A stretch of 64,000 bases of DNA from Octopus sinensis (taxonomy: Eukaryota): the NCBI RefSeq assembly GCF_006345805.1, contig NC_043021.1, positions 22,878,001-22,942,000 on the forward strand. Reading direction: 5' to 3'. This document shows, one piece after another, positions 40,607-54,620 of this stretch (the first letter of the stretch is position 1; every line of letters begins with the position of its first letter). Below the pieces are notes generated by a model that saw only the letters and a list, made by a program, of their open reading frames with translations, searched no databases and was not told the DNA's origin. The position numbers and the translations under genes are program-made.

Positions 40607-42534
40607 TATATGTATATATTACACACTCACACATGTTTATATATTCACAGAGATAAGGAGGGAGGTGAGGAGAAAATGAAATGGTGGCCGTTAAATTACA
40701 AACGTGTTTTCCTTTTATGTAAACCAGCTTTTTTGGCCTCGCTCAGAAAATTAATTACATTTGCCAGTTGCAACAGTGCATATTTTGCTCTCAATGACCG
40801 GAATAATGAAGATCATCCTGACATGTTTCCTTTTCTGTTTTTTTGTTCTGTTTTTTTTTCAAAATTTCATCAATGAAAAGTAATTATTTTTGATAAGTAC
40901 CGCTTGAATGACACCTTGATATTTTTTTGGCATCAAGTATACTTTTTAACAAAACCAAACTAACTCAATCTTAATTTTCTTGAGATTAAAATCATTCGCA
41001 GCAATTAATAGGAGCCCTACACATGCAACTTCTCAGATAAGAAAAAAAAACACCCAAACGATCTTTGATTAATCTGTTTAAAATACCGTGACATTACTAT
41101 GACTAATCTTTATTTACTGCTCAGAAAGAGAAAGAAATAATTTTATGGTTAAATCACAACACAACATATTTTAGCCTCGTTCTGAAGAATGAGTTTCTTT
41201 AAAATCCATGCAAAAATAGGTGTTTATGAAGAATACACAAAAGCCGTTACTTCATTTTATATTTTGAAATTCTCCTATCGCCATGTTACGCTCCTGGAAA
41301 CTACATTTCGCAAAGGAATGGGAAAGGGCTGGCTCCTTACGCTCAATCTTGTTTATTGAAATATTAAACAAACTCCATCACGGTGTCCTTCATGCTTTCC
41401 CAACTAATTACGCTTCTGTAATTTCTGTTGCTTTAAAACTATTTTCAAACACACATGACTCTAATTACTTCCAATATGTCTTTCTTTTAAAATGTTATTG
41501 TCATTTGCGGTTCCTTTATTTTCCGTAAATTTCATCTTCATCAAAAATTAAATTCTGTGTTCCTTTGTTTTCTGTCAATGTTGGTTCTATTGCTTTTTTT
41601 TTGTCCATATTTGTTTTATTTTTTTCATTTTTGTGTTATTTTGTTAACTTTGCATTATTCTGTCACAATATTCTATAGGGAAATTATAATGAATCCTTGC
41701 GAAATTTATTGATTAATCAGTCCCCTCTTTTGGGTATTAAAGAATTCCTGCTACTGCTGCAACCTACGCTGCAAAACCTGTCAGTCACAGCTGAGACCGC
41801 TTCTCTTCAGGAAATATTCTTCAAGAAAGTGTAGTTACCCATAAACGCAACATACAAATAACAATTTAATCATGAAGTGAATCTTCGCTCTATTCATATA
41901 CAGGTACTCTTGGAGTTTCGAGATCAATAGGCCTGTTTATAGAGCTCTTTGATTACTTCATTTACCGTGAAATGTATAGAGGTTCCACGGTTAAAATTTG
42001 TTCTGTGATTGACTCCGAAAGCGCAGTGGCTGTTAACTACATCGAAACCCTGTACTGAATGCGCGCAGGAGTGTGGGCTTATATAAATTGATGATAATGC
42101 TATTGGGAAATGAAGACACGTAAATGTGTTAAATCAATTTGTATAGATGTCCTATGTGAAACGCAAAGTAGAACAAATAATGAAATCTTATAAGGATATG
42201 TTAATGCCTCTGGCAATTATTTGCGACTCAGAAAGAAAATTGGGAGTTATTTCCATAAATCTAATAGCACAGTATATAATAATATCATATATAGCGGTTC
42301 AAAGGACATCAGGGTCAGGTCTTTGTCATACTAAACATCTCATTAGCAAAGCGCATATTTCTAGGTTTGCTTTGTTCGGTTGGCATGGATTTTTACAATA
42401 GCGAAACGAAAAACATAGATTTGGGACTTGGATAGTTTTCACAATGTCCTGAGATTATAAAGTTCACTGGGGGCTGAGTTTCCAAAGCACAGACGCAAAT
42501 ATACACGCGGGTTGACAGTTACTTCAATTATCAA

Positions 42535-42746
42535 GGCGGCGAGTTGGCAGAAACGTTAGCACGCCGGTCGGAATGCTTAGCAGTATTGCGTCTGTTTTAG
42601 GTTGTGAGTTCAAATTCCACCGAGGTTGAATTTGCGTTTCATCCATTCCAGGTCAATAAATCAAGTACAAGTTGCGTACTGGGTCTATATAATCGACTGG
42701 TCTCTCTTCAAAAATGCCATGCCTTGAGCCTAGAGTAGAAAAGAAT
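42535..42746 (+). mobile_element. SINE family A monomer (tail T)
   Basis: ggcggcgagttggcagaaacgttagcacgccgg...gagcctagagtagaaaagaat. Confidence 0.85.
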
Positions 42747-42939
42747 GATCACCTACTATCGGGTTAGCATATCATAAAGTCCCAATCAACAAGAAATTCA
42801 TAAATTTCACTCTCATGTCAATATTGAGTCACGCCACCAATTACGTTTATGTCTTTTTTTTATTTTTAAACTTTCCTAAAATTAAACTTAATTTAGCATT
42901 ATATTTAATTAAATTTATAGACATACATATATAATCCTT

Positions 42940-42943
42940 ATTA

Positions 42944-43022
<79 letters not shown>

Positions 43023-43151
43023 ATTATTATTATTATTATTATTATTATTATCATAATTATTATTATTATTATCATCATCATCATCATTATATATTTGTGT
43101 ATATATATATACACATGCATATATACATGTATATATATATAATACATATAA

Positions 43152-43184
<33 letters not shown>

Positions 43185-43185
43185 T

Positions 43186-43250
<65 letters not shown>

Positions 43251-43400
43251 CATATTCATGTGCTGCGTGTATCTATATGTGTGTGTATGTGTATATATAT
43301 ATATATATATATATACTTATCTGTCAACGTATCTGTACATTCGTGCAGCTTTATGTGCGTGTGTGTGTGCGTGTGTGTGTGTGTGTGTGCATGCTGGTGC
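42940..43400. repeat. (ATT)n-(TA)n-(TG)n compound microsatellite
   Basis: Directly visible. Confidence 0.93.
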
Positions 43401-43739
43401 GTATGCATAGATGTGCGTTTCCATTTACTGTTTTTCCGTATGAAACGAATTCGTGGCAAACTTATTTAAAATCAAATTCTAGCAATTTCAGTTAATTAAA
43501 ATATTTGGCAACGATCAGCGTAAATTAATATCCCAAATTTGACCGAAGTAAAATCAAAAATAATTAATACATTTCAGTAATTGGCTATCAACTATTTCAT
43601 TATTGTTTTCAGCATTTTTTTGTTTTTGTATGTTTATTATCCAAAGCAATATCAGGTAGAAGAATAAAAAACATATTCCTCAAGCAAACAGCAACATCAT
43701 TATTCTACGTTTTGACCTCTGCAGCGTTCTCTTTCACCT

Positions 43740-44161
43740 CTCAATCTTCTTCTTCTCTTCTTCTTCTTCTTCTTCTTCTTCTTCTTCTTCTTCTTCTTCT
43801 TCTTCTTCTTCTCGTCTTCGTCCTTCTTCTTCTTCTTCTTCTTCTTCTTCTTCTTCTTCTTCTTCTCTTCTTCTTCTTCTTCTTCTTCTCCTCGTCTTCG
43901 TCCTTCTTCTTCTTCTTCTTCTTCTCCTCGTCTTCGTCCTTCTTCTTCTTCTTCTTCTTCTTCTTCTTCTCCTCGTCTTCGTCCTTCTTCTTCTTCTTCT
44001 TCTTCTTCTTCTTCTTCTTCTTTTTCTCCGTCTTATTCTTCTTTAATCTTTGGTTCCTTCTCCTTTTCTCCGTCTCCTTCATTGAATCTTGATCTTGCTG
44101 GTGCTCTTTTCCTTCTTCCTCACCTCTCATCCGTATCTTCAGCCTCCCCCTCCTCTTCATT

Positions 44162-44194
<33 letters not shown>

Positions 44195-44672
44195 TCCATC
44201 ATCTTCGTCGTCATCATCGCCGTCATCATCATCATCCTTATCACTTATCATCGTTGTTGTTCTTGTCATCATTATCGGGCACGGCATCTAGACAAACGCA
44301 GTTGTTATCGTTGTCGTCGTGGACATCAACATCACCACCACCACCACCACCCCCTCCGCCAGCGCCATCATTATTATTATCATTATTATTATCACCAGCA
44401 GCATCACTATCATCTTCATCACCATGCAAATGTCAACCATCACCACAAGCACAACCACCACCCCAAACACCAACGCCCCCACCATCATCATCATCCTCAT
44501 CACTACCACCACTAGCATCACCACGACGACCACCACCACCACACCTCTGTCACTTTTAACGTAATCACTCATATCATCAGTGATACCTTTATCACCATCA
44601 CCACCATCATCATCATCATCAGTGTAATCGACCTTATCTCCAAATGTACCACCATTATCACCACTTCACCTA

Positions 44673-44704
<32 letters not shown>

Positions 44705-45120
44705 TTACTACTAGTACTACCATTACTACTACCACCACTACTAGTACTAATATTACTACTACGAATACTACTACTACGAATACTACTATCGTGATCAATA
44801 ACGCCTCCACCGCCATCACCATCATCATCATCATCATCACTATCATCATCATCATTCAGTGCCATCCTTCTCGCCTTCACTACCGTCGCCGCCAACCCCA
44901 CCGCCAACGCTACCGTGGGACTTCATCGGTCATTCTTTACCTGTATTTTTGCCAACGCCAGCCAGACCGGCCACAACCACCACCACCACCACCACTACCA
45001 CCACCACCACCACCATACCATCACCCCAGCTCCCCTGACCACCACCCTAACACCACTCACCATCTCTGGTCACCACCTTCCGTCCGTCGCAACCAACACC
45101 ACTGATGATAGAGGCCGCTC
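43740..45120. repeat. (TTC)n polypyrimidine tract followed by (CAT)/(CAC)/(TAC) arrays
   Basis: Directly visible; ctcgtcttcgtcc interrupts the TTC tract four times. Confidence 0.93.
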
Positions 45121-46444
45121 AACACCTCTCCACTTTTAATTTGATAGATTTTTTACACCTTCTCAACTACTAGACTGTTAAATTGATCATTTGAAAAGCA
45201 AAGGTGACATTGCGAATAGATGTGGCGGGGAATATATTTTTGTAGAGGGGTTGTTCTCGCTTTTTTTTTTAGTTTTATATTATTAACCGCCTTTTTTTTT
45301 AGATTGTCTGAGATACTAGAAATAACAAAAAATAATAATAATTAAAGATTTGAAGTAGTTTTATTACATTTAATTTTCGTTTTTGTAGGCTGTAAAATCA
45401 GTAGATTTTTCTCTTTTTCAGTTTTTAGTTTATTTCTAAATCTTTGCTGTTGTTATTTTTCATATAATTTTATTTTTAATTAATTTAAATGAATTTTGTT
45501 TCATTTCATTTTCTTTCATTTTGTTTTATTGCATTTCATTGTAATTTTTGCTTTTGTTCATTGTTATTTGTTTTCTTATCAAAATTGTGTTGACGCGAAC
45601 TTTTTTTTAACAATTATCGTCTAGCCTTCCCTTTATACATTTATATAGCACCAACTACATTCTCTGTTATTTTTATATAGCATGTGCAAATTAGTTTGGT
45701 TCTACTGTTCTAATTTCAATTCCTATAATGGGGTAAAAAAATACGACTATAATCGTTATACAACGAATAGATTCTTTATCATTTTTAGCTTCTCCGCTTA
45801 TGCTTTTTTCTGATTCGCTTATCTTCAGAAGAGCTCCGATTAAGCAGGCATATGTTAAAAGGCACTCTCATTTTCATACACAGTGATCATGCGCTCTCCG
45901 TTTATCTCTTAGTACTGGGATAGTGATACGCTAACTTCTTATCTCTTACTATCGCTGATAGCTCTACAAGACATCGTCCAGAATTATTGACTATCAACTC
46001 TTCGACTGTCGACCCTCTCTCCACGACCGTCTATTGGTTTATTTGTAACGGCTGGGTCTAACCACTTTTTATCGAGAGGTGTATAAAGTTTCACTTATAC
46101 AACAGAAACATTACTGGAATTATCATTAATCTTTAAACAACGATTTTAATCGATAATCCTTGGAAACAACATCCAGCGGATTAAAATAGAACTTAATCTA
46201 TATGCAGATTGACGTATCCCAGAATATAGTCGTCTGCCATTGCGTGCGATATGTTTCTGTATTTTTATATATTCTTGTTTATCCCAATAATTGCATAACT
46301 TTATTTTATGAAAGATCCAAACCTGTCGTGCTTGAAAATATATTCGCATTAAAAATATATTGAGCCACCCACAATCCGGTTAGTTGCATCTTTCTCGTAT
46401 TTATATAGTCTGGCCTATCTATCTTCCTGTCTCTATCTACCTAT

Positions 46445-46516
<72 letters not shown>

Positions 46517-46556
46517 ATATATATATATATATATTTTTATAAAACATATACATATT

Positions 46557-46615
46557 AAAGGCGGTGCTCCAGCATGGCCGCAGTCAAATGACTGAAACAA
46601 GTAAAAGAGTAACAA
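46557..46615 (+). mobile_element. SINE 3' tail (family D type)
   Basis: aaaggcggtgctccagcatggccgcagtcaaatgactgaaacaagtaaaagag. Reverse copies near 11448 and 28242. Confidence 0.7.
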
Positions 46616-46640
46616 GAGTATAGTTATACAAATATATGTA

Positions 46641-46690
<50 letters not shown>

Positions 46691-46967
46691 AACTCTCACG
46701 CACGCACATGCTCACACACACGCACTCATAGACACACGCAAACACACGAACAAAACTCACATATACATGTTTTACATAGCGACCAGATGTATATAACTTA
46801 AAATCCAGTTAAAGAATTTTTTTGATGCAATTCTCAGAAAGCATTATACTCTTTGTCAGTTTACTCTTTGTCAGTTTCGCACCATGTAGATATTTTGGAT
46901 TCAGTTATTTGCTATAAAAAATTTTTTTTTAGCATTGAATTATTTTAGATTATTATTATTATTGTTA

Positions 46968-47034
<67 letters not shown>

Positions 47035-50000
47035 CGTATCGCGTTTTCCCGATTTCTAATTTGCTTTCTTTTGTCCCTTTTTTCCAAGTTAGTTATCAGT
47101 TTTGTATTTGTTTAATCTTTGAGGACAGAAGACAGGGTTGTCGACTGTTGGTCTATTGTTGATTCTTCAATGAATTCTTCAGTTTTCTTTAGCAAATGTC
47201 TTTGTAGGCTTACCGTATTTATAATACAATAGTTATCTTACTTCCATAATACATGTTATTGAGTTTCTAATCGAGATAACTATAAACTTTTTCATGTATA
47301 ATTCAGTGTGATAAGTTTGACTAACTGTAGGCATAATTTTATCTTGCTTTACCCATGGGTCTTGTAAAGTAATTATTTGGCTGGAGCAGGCCTATTGATG
47401 ACTGTTACCTTACTATTCATTTTTTCTTTTAGCTTTTCTGCATGTATTCGGATCCGATTTTAACATTCACGAAGGATGTTCTTTATAAAACATGTATCTG
47501 TTTTATCTGTATCCAGCCTGCAATATTGGATTATAATTTTTTTCTTCTAACGTTTATCTGATGCATTTTATTCAAGCAAATTACCTGACAAATCCTTTAC
47601 TACATCTGTTCATTCGGTGCAGAATTGTCTATAATTTTTCAAATGCCAGGTTTTGAAGGAAGGGGCAATGTTCGTGCCCTTCACAGACCCTTGTAGACCA
47701 GTTGGCGGCGAGCTGGCAGAATCGTTAGCACGCCGGGTGAAATGCGTATTTTAATATATATTACGTGTTCGAAAGCTTCCTTGGTCTCGACCCAGACAAC
47801 ATTACTCTCGTCCCTAAATGATTGACTGTGAATTGCAGTCCAGAAGTGAATTTGAACGGGGCCGAAACTGTACAAATCGTTGAGTACCGATGAGTGTTTT
47901 ATTCTGAATAAAATTTATTCTAAAATTGCATAGCTTGATAGATAACATTATGTCAGATCATATTAATGACGGCTGAATCGTACAAGTGTGTTTGTGGAGC
48001 CTACGTTTTCGTGTTTACTTGTATTTAGGTTAACTTGTGCTTTCCATAACCCTGTGGAATTGGAAAACTCCTTAAAATCCCGATTTGTCATTTTAATCGA
48101 AGCGACTACAAAATTTTAGGGATGTGTTTAGAGTCGATGAAATCAAATTAATTGAAGATCCTTTCATCTGGTCGATTACATTGATAAAGCTAGGACCTTA
48201 ATCAAACAGAATTCACACCCAACGGGGTTTTTTTTTTCTTCAATATATTTTAAACACAGACTGGATGATGCATTCCTAGATTCCATCTTCTTGTTAAAAA
48301 AAGCAGACATGTGTATCAAGATTGGAATGTTTTTCATCACATGTCTGCTCGACCGGAACTACCCAAGGGCTAAACTAGGAAAACAAAAATGGGAAAAGCA
48401 ACAAAAACCACGGCTGCGACGACGATTGCGCAAAAAAAAAACAAACAACACTAATAATAAAAATTAACGACTGCTTGTATTTATATTGTTTTCCATAAAT
48501 GGATGAAAGAGATCATCAACCACGGTGATATTTGACTTCAGAACGGAAAAGGGACATAACGAATTATAGTAATGCATTTAGTCCGGCGCTATTGCGGCTT
48601 CTACCATTTTCACCGCCTTTCCAACGGCAACAAAAGAAACGATCCTCATCATATCTGTTAATCGGGTTTTCGATTCTTTTTTTTTTTATTACGTATTGTT
48701 TTTTTCTTTTAGTTTTCAACTCTTTGTTTTAAGAAGAACGTTGTAAACATGATTGTGCACATAAATCAATTGAACCGGTATAAAAACATGTCAAAACAAT
48801 GGCCTTTTCTTCCCACACAGATCCCAATTCCATTCATGTTAACCAACAATATTTGAACTGTCATCTTTATCGTTCTATAGCCTCCGCCATATTTCTGAAT
48901 ATCTCCACAACGACAGACCACTATTCACGCTAACACCACCACTAACGCCAGCCAGCAACCACACCGACAGCATTAACCAAAACTTACGCCAATCCACACG
49001 CCAAAATCCTATGCCATAATGCAAAATATCCATTCTAGAATATTCGGTTATTTATTGTCGCCATCTTTTGTTCAAGAATATAAAAGGAAAATAAGGGGAT
49101 GAACGAGAAAAAAAAATGTAATAAAAAAAAAGGGATGGATTAAAAATTAAGGGATCGTTTTTGAAAGGTTTGGAGCGGCGGGCGGGTGGGGCGTTGTGGG
49201 TGGCGAGGCAGAAATGCGTTGTTTGTGATTGTTATTGTTATTGATTTTGTTTTGTTAAATCACAAAAATCGATCATTTCGTCATAAACAACCAATTGATT
49301 ACTGCACGATATTGCAAATCATAATTTGTATCAGCTCCGAACAACAACAAATCACGTATGCATAAATTAAGAACCAGCTCCCAATCCCTCACCCGAAACA
49401 TTTTTACACTTTTCGCAGCAACTCCCCCGATCTCCGGCTCCTATATGAAAGGCGTCGGCAAAAGCTTGCTTCGTGTTCATGAAGAAAATTAATAAAATAT
49501 GTTTATTATACGATGCTGTGGATTTTCTTTTCTCTCTCTCTTTTGTTTTTAGTTTGTTTGTTTTTTTTTACCTCCTTTTTGTTATCATACAGCTTTATCT
49601 AAAACTATTGGTTGTTTCAAAATGTATGGATGGAACGGTTCGGGAGTGGAGGTCTATTTAGGATGCAAAGATTATTCTCTATTTGATAAAACTGTTTTAT
49701 GTAACGTTATATTTTGAGGTTTGTGGGTTTGTGTTGTTAATAAGGTTTTGTCTCTCTCTCAATAACAACATTAATAGAAACTTTTATTTCATCTTATCAC
49801 TTTTATAGTCTCTCATCTTTCTTTTCTTATTTTCATTCTTCCTCCTCTTTTCCTTCTTATTCCTCTTTCACTATATTTTCTCTTTCTCTTCATTATTGCT
49901 CATAATTAATATTAACATGATTATTATTAATAATGGACAGACAGTGGAATATGTGGTAGATCTCCGTATAAGATGCATTTAAACTGTCATTAGCTACGTC

Positions 50001-50117
50001 GTCGAGTTCGATTCACACCGAAGTCCAAATTGAAGTTCTACACTTCACGGCTGATAAAATGGTAAACACGCAAATACTCGAATCAATTTCATCGACAATA
50101 TCTCCTGCTCCCTCCAA

Positions 50118-50683
50118 GGCGGCGAGCTGGCAGAAACGTTAGCACACCAGACGAAATGCTTAGCGGTATTTCGTCTGCCGTTACGTTCTGAGCTCAAATT
50201 CCGCTGAGGTCGATTTTGCCATTCACCTTTCGGGGTCGATTAAATAAGTACCACTTACGCACTGGGGTCGATATAATCGACTTAATCCGTTTGTCTGTCC
50301 TTGTTTGTCCTCTCTCTGTTTAACCCCTAGTGGGTAGTAAAGAAATAGGTACTTCGTCTGTCGTTACGTTCTGAGCTCAAATTCCGCTAAGGTCTACTTT
50401 GCCTTTCACCTTTCGGGGTCGAAAAATAAGTACCAGTTACGCACTGGGGTCGATATAATCGACTTACTTCATTTGTCTGTCCTTGTTTGTTCTCTCTATG
50501 TTTAGCCCCTTGTGGGCAATAAAGAAATAGGTACTTAGTCTGCCGTTACGTTCTGAGCTCAGATACCACCGAGGTCGACTTTGCCTTTCCGGGTCGATAA
50601 ATTAAGTACCAGTTACTAACTGGGGTCGAGCTAATCGACTGTCTCCCACCCGAAAACATTTCGGGCCTTGTGCCTAGAGTGGA
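50118..50683 (+). mobile_element. SINE family A trimer
   Basis: Unit starts at 50165, 50348 and 50530 (periods 183 and 182); ends in tail T. Confidence 0.9.
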
Positions 50684-50985
50684 GACGGACGAAATATCGG
50701 TACACATTTCGTCCGGCATGCTAACAGTTTAGCCAACTCGTCGCATTATAACAATAATAATAAAAATGAATTTTTCTACTAATGGCAGAAGACCTGGAAT
50801 TTTGTGGTTCGGGGCGGGGGGGGGGACTAGTCGATTACATAGACCCCACAGTTTTACTGGTACTTAATTTATGAACCTCACAAAAAGGATGAAACGTAAA
50901 GTCGATCTCGGTGTAATTTGGACAGAGAACATGAAGACGGGCGAAATACCGCTGAGCAATTTCTCGCCCGGCGGATATTGATAAT
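50684..50985 (-). mobile_element. Inverted SINE family A head (50684-50745) and monomer (~50770-50985)
   Basis: Reverse complements of the head and body sequences. Confidence 0.8.
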
Positions 50986-50999
50986 AATCGATGACGACG

Positions 51000-51135
51000 A
51001 ATATATGATGACCGTGATGGCGATGACAACGAGCGGGACGATCGTTATGAAGTTGTTGTTGCGAAGTTCAGGGTGATGATGATGATGATGATGATGTCGA
51101 CGGCGATGACGACGTCCATGATGATAAACAACTAC

Positions 51136-51201
<66 letters not shown>

Positions 51202-51223
51202 CTTGCACAACAAAATATAAATG

Positions 51224-51256
<33 letters not shown>

Positions 51257-51379
51257 ATATATATATATATGCGATTCTGTTGCGGCTGATGATGATGATG
51301 ATAATGATGATAATAATCATGATAATAAAGATAATAATGATGATGATAATAATAATAATAATGATAATAATAATAATAA

Positions 51380-51468
<89 letters not shown>

Positions 51469-51473
51469 TAATA

Positions 51474-51518
<45 letters not shown>

Positions 51519-51819
51519 GTTCTGGTGATGAATCTCAAAAATCCTGTTCGTACAATTATTGCTACAATGAAATGAATGTGTTCATGACAGCGTGATTTTA
51601 ATCCGAGATAAATTCTATGAAAGTTTCCGCATGATTAGTTTTGTAATGGAGAAAGATATAACACACACACACACACACACAAACAGACACGCACACAGGT
51701 AGAGGAACACGCGCACTCATTGCATACATATGCGCGCGTTCAAACGCTCGCACACTCATGTACGGACGCATACAAACGTGCACATGCATATACAAAAACA
51801 ATAACAATAACAATAATAC

Positions 51820-51893
<74 letters not shown>

Positions 51894-51979
51894 TTAATAA
51901 TAATAATAATAATAAAAATAATGATAATAATAATAGTAATAATAATAATACTAATAATAACAACAACAACAACAACAAC

Positions 51980-52026
<47 letters not shown>

Positions 52027-53007
52027 TAATAATAATAATAATAAATTATTGTGGTCCTTGTAAATAGAAGGGTGGTTTATACAGAGGTATGTAGGGCATT
52101 TGTGGAGGTTGGGTAAGAGGGAGACAGAGAGAGAGTGTGTGTGTAGAGATACAGATGGGGTGGTATAGAGAGAGAAGAAGAGGAGTCGATAGAGAGGGAG
52201 AGTGAGAGAGAGAAGGAAACAAAGAGAGAGAGAGAGAGAACAGTATAATGGTGTTGGTTGAAATGATGATGGTGATGATTATGATGATCGTAGTCGTGGT
52301 GGTGAGGACGATGATACTGGTGCTGCTGCTGCTTTTGTTTGTTTGTTTGTTTGTTTGTTTGTTTGTTGAGCGAAGCGGTTTTCGTCCCAGAGTGGGAGAA
52401 GTCCGAAACGTTGAACTTTGCTATTCGTAAGATGCGCAGAAGAGAAAGCAGGTCAAGCCCCGACACCGAGAGCATCCAGGCTCAGCGGTTGCGTAGGAAG
52501 TCGGGGTGCTGCTGCTGCTTGTCATGATAGTCATGATAGTCACGACAACGACGAAGATGATGATGATGATGACAACGGTGATGGTGATAGTGTTTATGAT
52601 GGCCATGGTGATGCCGATGATGTTGATGATGATGATTATATTGATGATGATGTTGATGACGACGGTAATAATGATGGTGATGATGATCATAATCATGATG
52701 ACGATGATGTTGATGTGATGAAGAAGCTGCTGCTGGTGATGATGATAATGATCATGATGACAATGAACATGATGATGATGATGATGATGGTGACGACGAC
52801 GTAGACAATGATGATGATAATGATGATGACGACGATGATGATGATAATGATGATGAAGATGATGATGATGATAATGATGATGAAGATGATGATGATAATG
52901 ATGGTGGTGATGATGATGACGACGACGACGACAGTGATGATGACGATGATGATGATGATGATGATGATGATTATGATGATAATAATGATGATGACGACGA
53001 CGACGAC

Positions 53008-53045
<38 letters not shown>

Positions 53046-53919
53046 CGACGGTGATGATGATTATGATGATGATAATGATGATGACGACGACGACGATGAT
53101 GATGATGATAATGATGATGATGATGATTATGATGATGAGTAGGAGGAGGAGAAGGAGGATGACGACGCTGATGATTGGGATGATGATGATGATGATTTCG
53201 ACACTGATGATGGGGATGGTGTTCATGATCCTGACAATGATAATGTTTAATGCCGACGACGACGACGACAATCAGAAATGCTGAGGAATTTATAAATTGT
53301 GGCAAACACCGCAATTGTAAGAGTTTCCATGGACAATTTTAAAGAAGCAATAGGAAGGGGTGGGCCTGGGAGGCTTGTGCGTGTTTGAGTAAGGGTTTGT
53401 AAGGTGCGATTTCGGCAACATTAAAAAGGGAGTTTACAATAGCGGTAGGAGGTGTAATATAAGGGGTTTTCTGCTGCTTTAATTGCTATTTTGTTTCAAG
53501 TTCGTTTCAAAATAAGCAAAAACGCAACGAGAATTTTGTAAATATCGAGAAAAACGATTTTTATTAAAGATGGAAATTAATGCTGCTGCGGCTGCTACTG
53601 CTGCTACTGCGGCAGGTGATAGTGTCGATGGTGGTGGTGATGGTGTTGTTGCTGTGTGGTGGTGGTGGTGAAGGTGGTGGGAGTTTGAGGCAGTGGTGAT
53701 GGATGTTGAGGTGGTGGTGGTGATGATGATGGTGGTTGTTGTGCTGGTCGCGGTGATGATGTCAATGGTGAAGATGATGATGGCGACGATGACGATGACA
53801 ATGACGATGATGATAATGATGATGATCATCATCATCAGGGTCACGAAGAAGAAGAGTATGAGGTGGAGCAGCTTGATGACGACGACGACTACTCCAATGA
53901 TGATGATGCTGTTGTTGAC

Positions 53920-53958
<39 letters not shown>

Positions 53959-54085
53959 AATGATGTTGATGATGATGATCATGATCATGGTGGTGGTGGT
54001 GGTGGTGATGATGATGATGATGATGATGATAATGATGTTGATGATGATGATCATGATCATGGTGGTGGTGGTGGTGGTGATGATG

Positions 54086-54117
<32 letters not shown>

Positions 54118-54620
54118 AATGATGGTGATGATGATGGTGATGATGATGGTGATGATGATGATGATGATGATGATGGTGATAATGATGATGGTGACGGTGA
54201 TGGTGATGATGATGATATTGATGATGATGATGACGGTGATGATAATGGAGGGGGTGAGGGTGTTGATTGTGATGATGTTTACGATGATGATGTTTACGAT
54301 GATGATGTTGATGGTGATGATGGGGGAGATGATAATGATCATGATGAAGATTTTATTCGTATTGCCAGTGCTGCTGCAGATGACAATGTTTAGAATGTTG
54401 AGGAGGCATTCGTGGTGGTAGGTGTGGTAGTGATGGTGATGACGGCTGTCAGGAGTGGTGCCGGCAGTGTCGGTGATGGTAGTGGTGGTGGTGATTATGG
54501 TGGTTGTTGCAGTTGTGGTAGTGGTGGTGGTCCTGGTGATGGTGCTGCGGCTACTGTTGCAACTGCAGCTTCGGCTGCTGCTACGGCTCCTGCTGCTGCT
54601 GCAGGTGCTAATGGAAATGA
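51000..54620. repeat. Large compound (GAT)/(AAT)/(GGT)/(TA) microsatellite field with unique islands
   Basis: Directly visible; includes a 60-bp unit duplicated at about 53940-54090. Confidence 0.93.
52335..52506 (-). mobile_element. Stand-alone SINE family B tail variant A
   Basis: Matches 12600-12785 and ends at gtcgggg, next to the core-tail junction seen there. Confidence 0.8.

Noticed and set aside
43741-44244. Lys/Arg/Glu-rich 167-aa ORF (protamine-like)
   Set aside because: Translation of the (GAA)n strand of the microsatellite.
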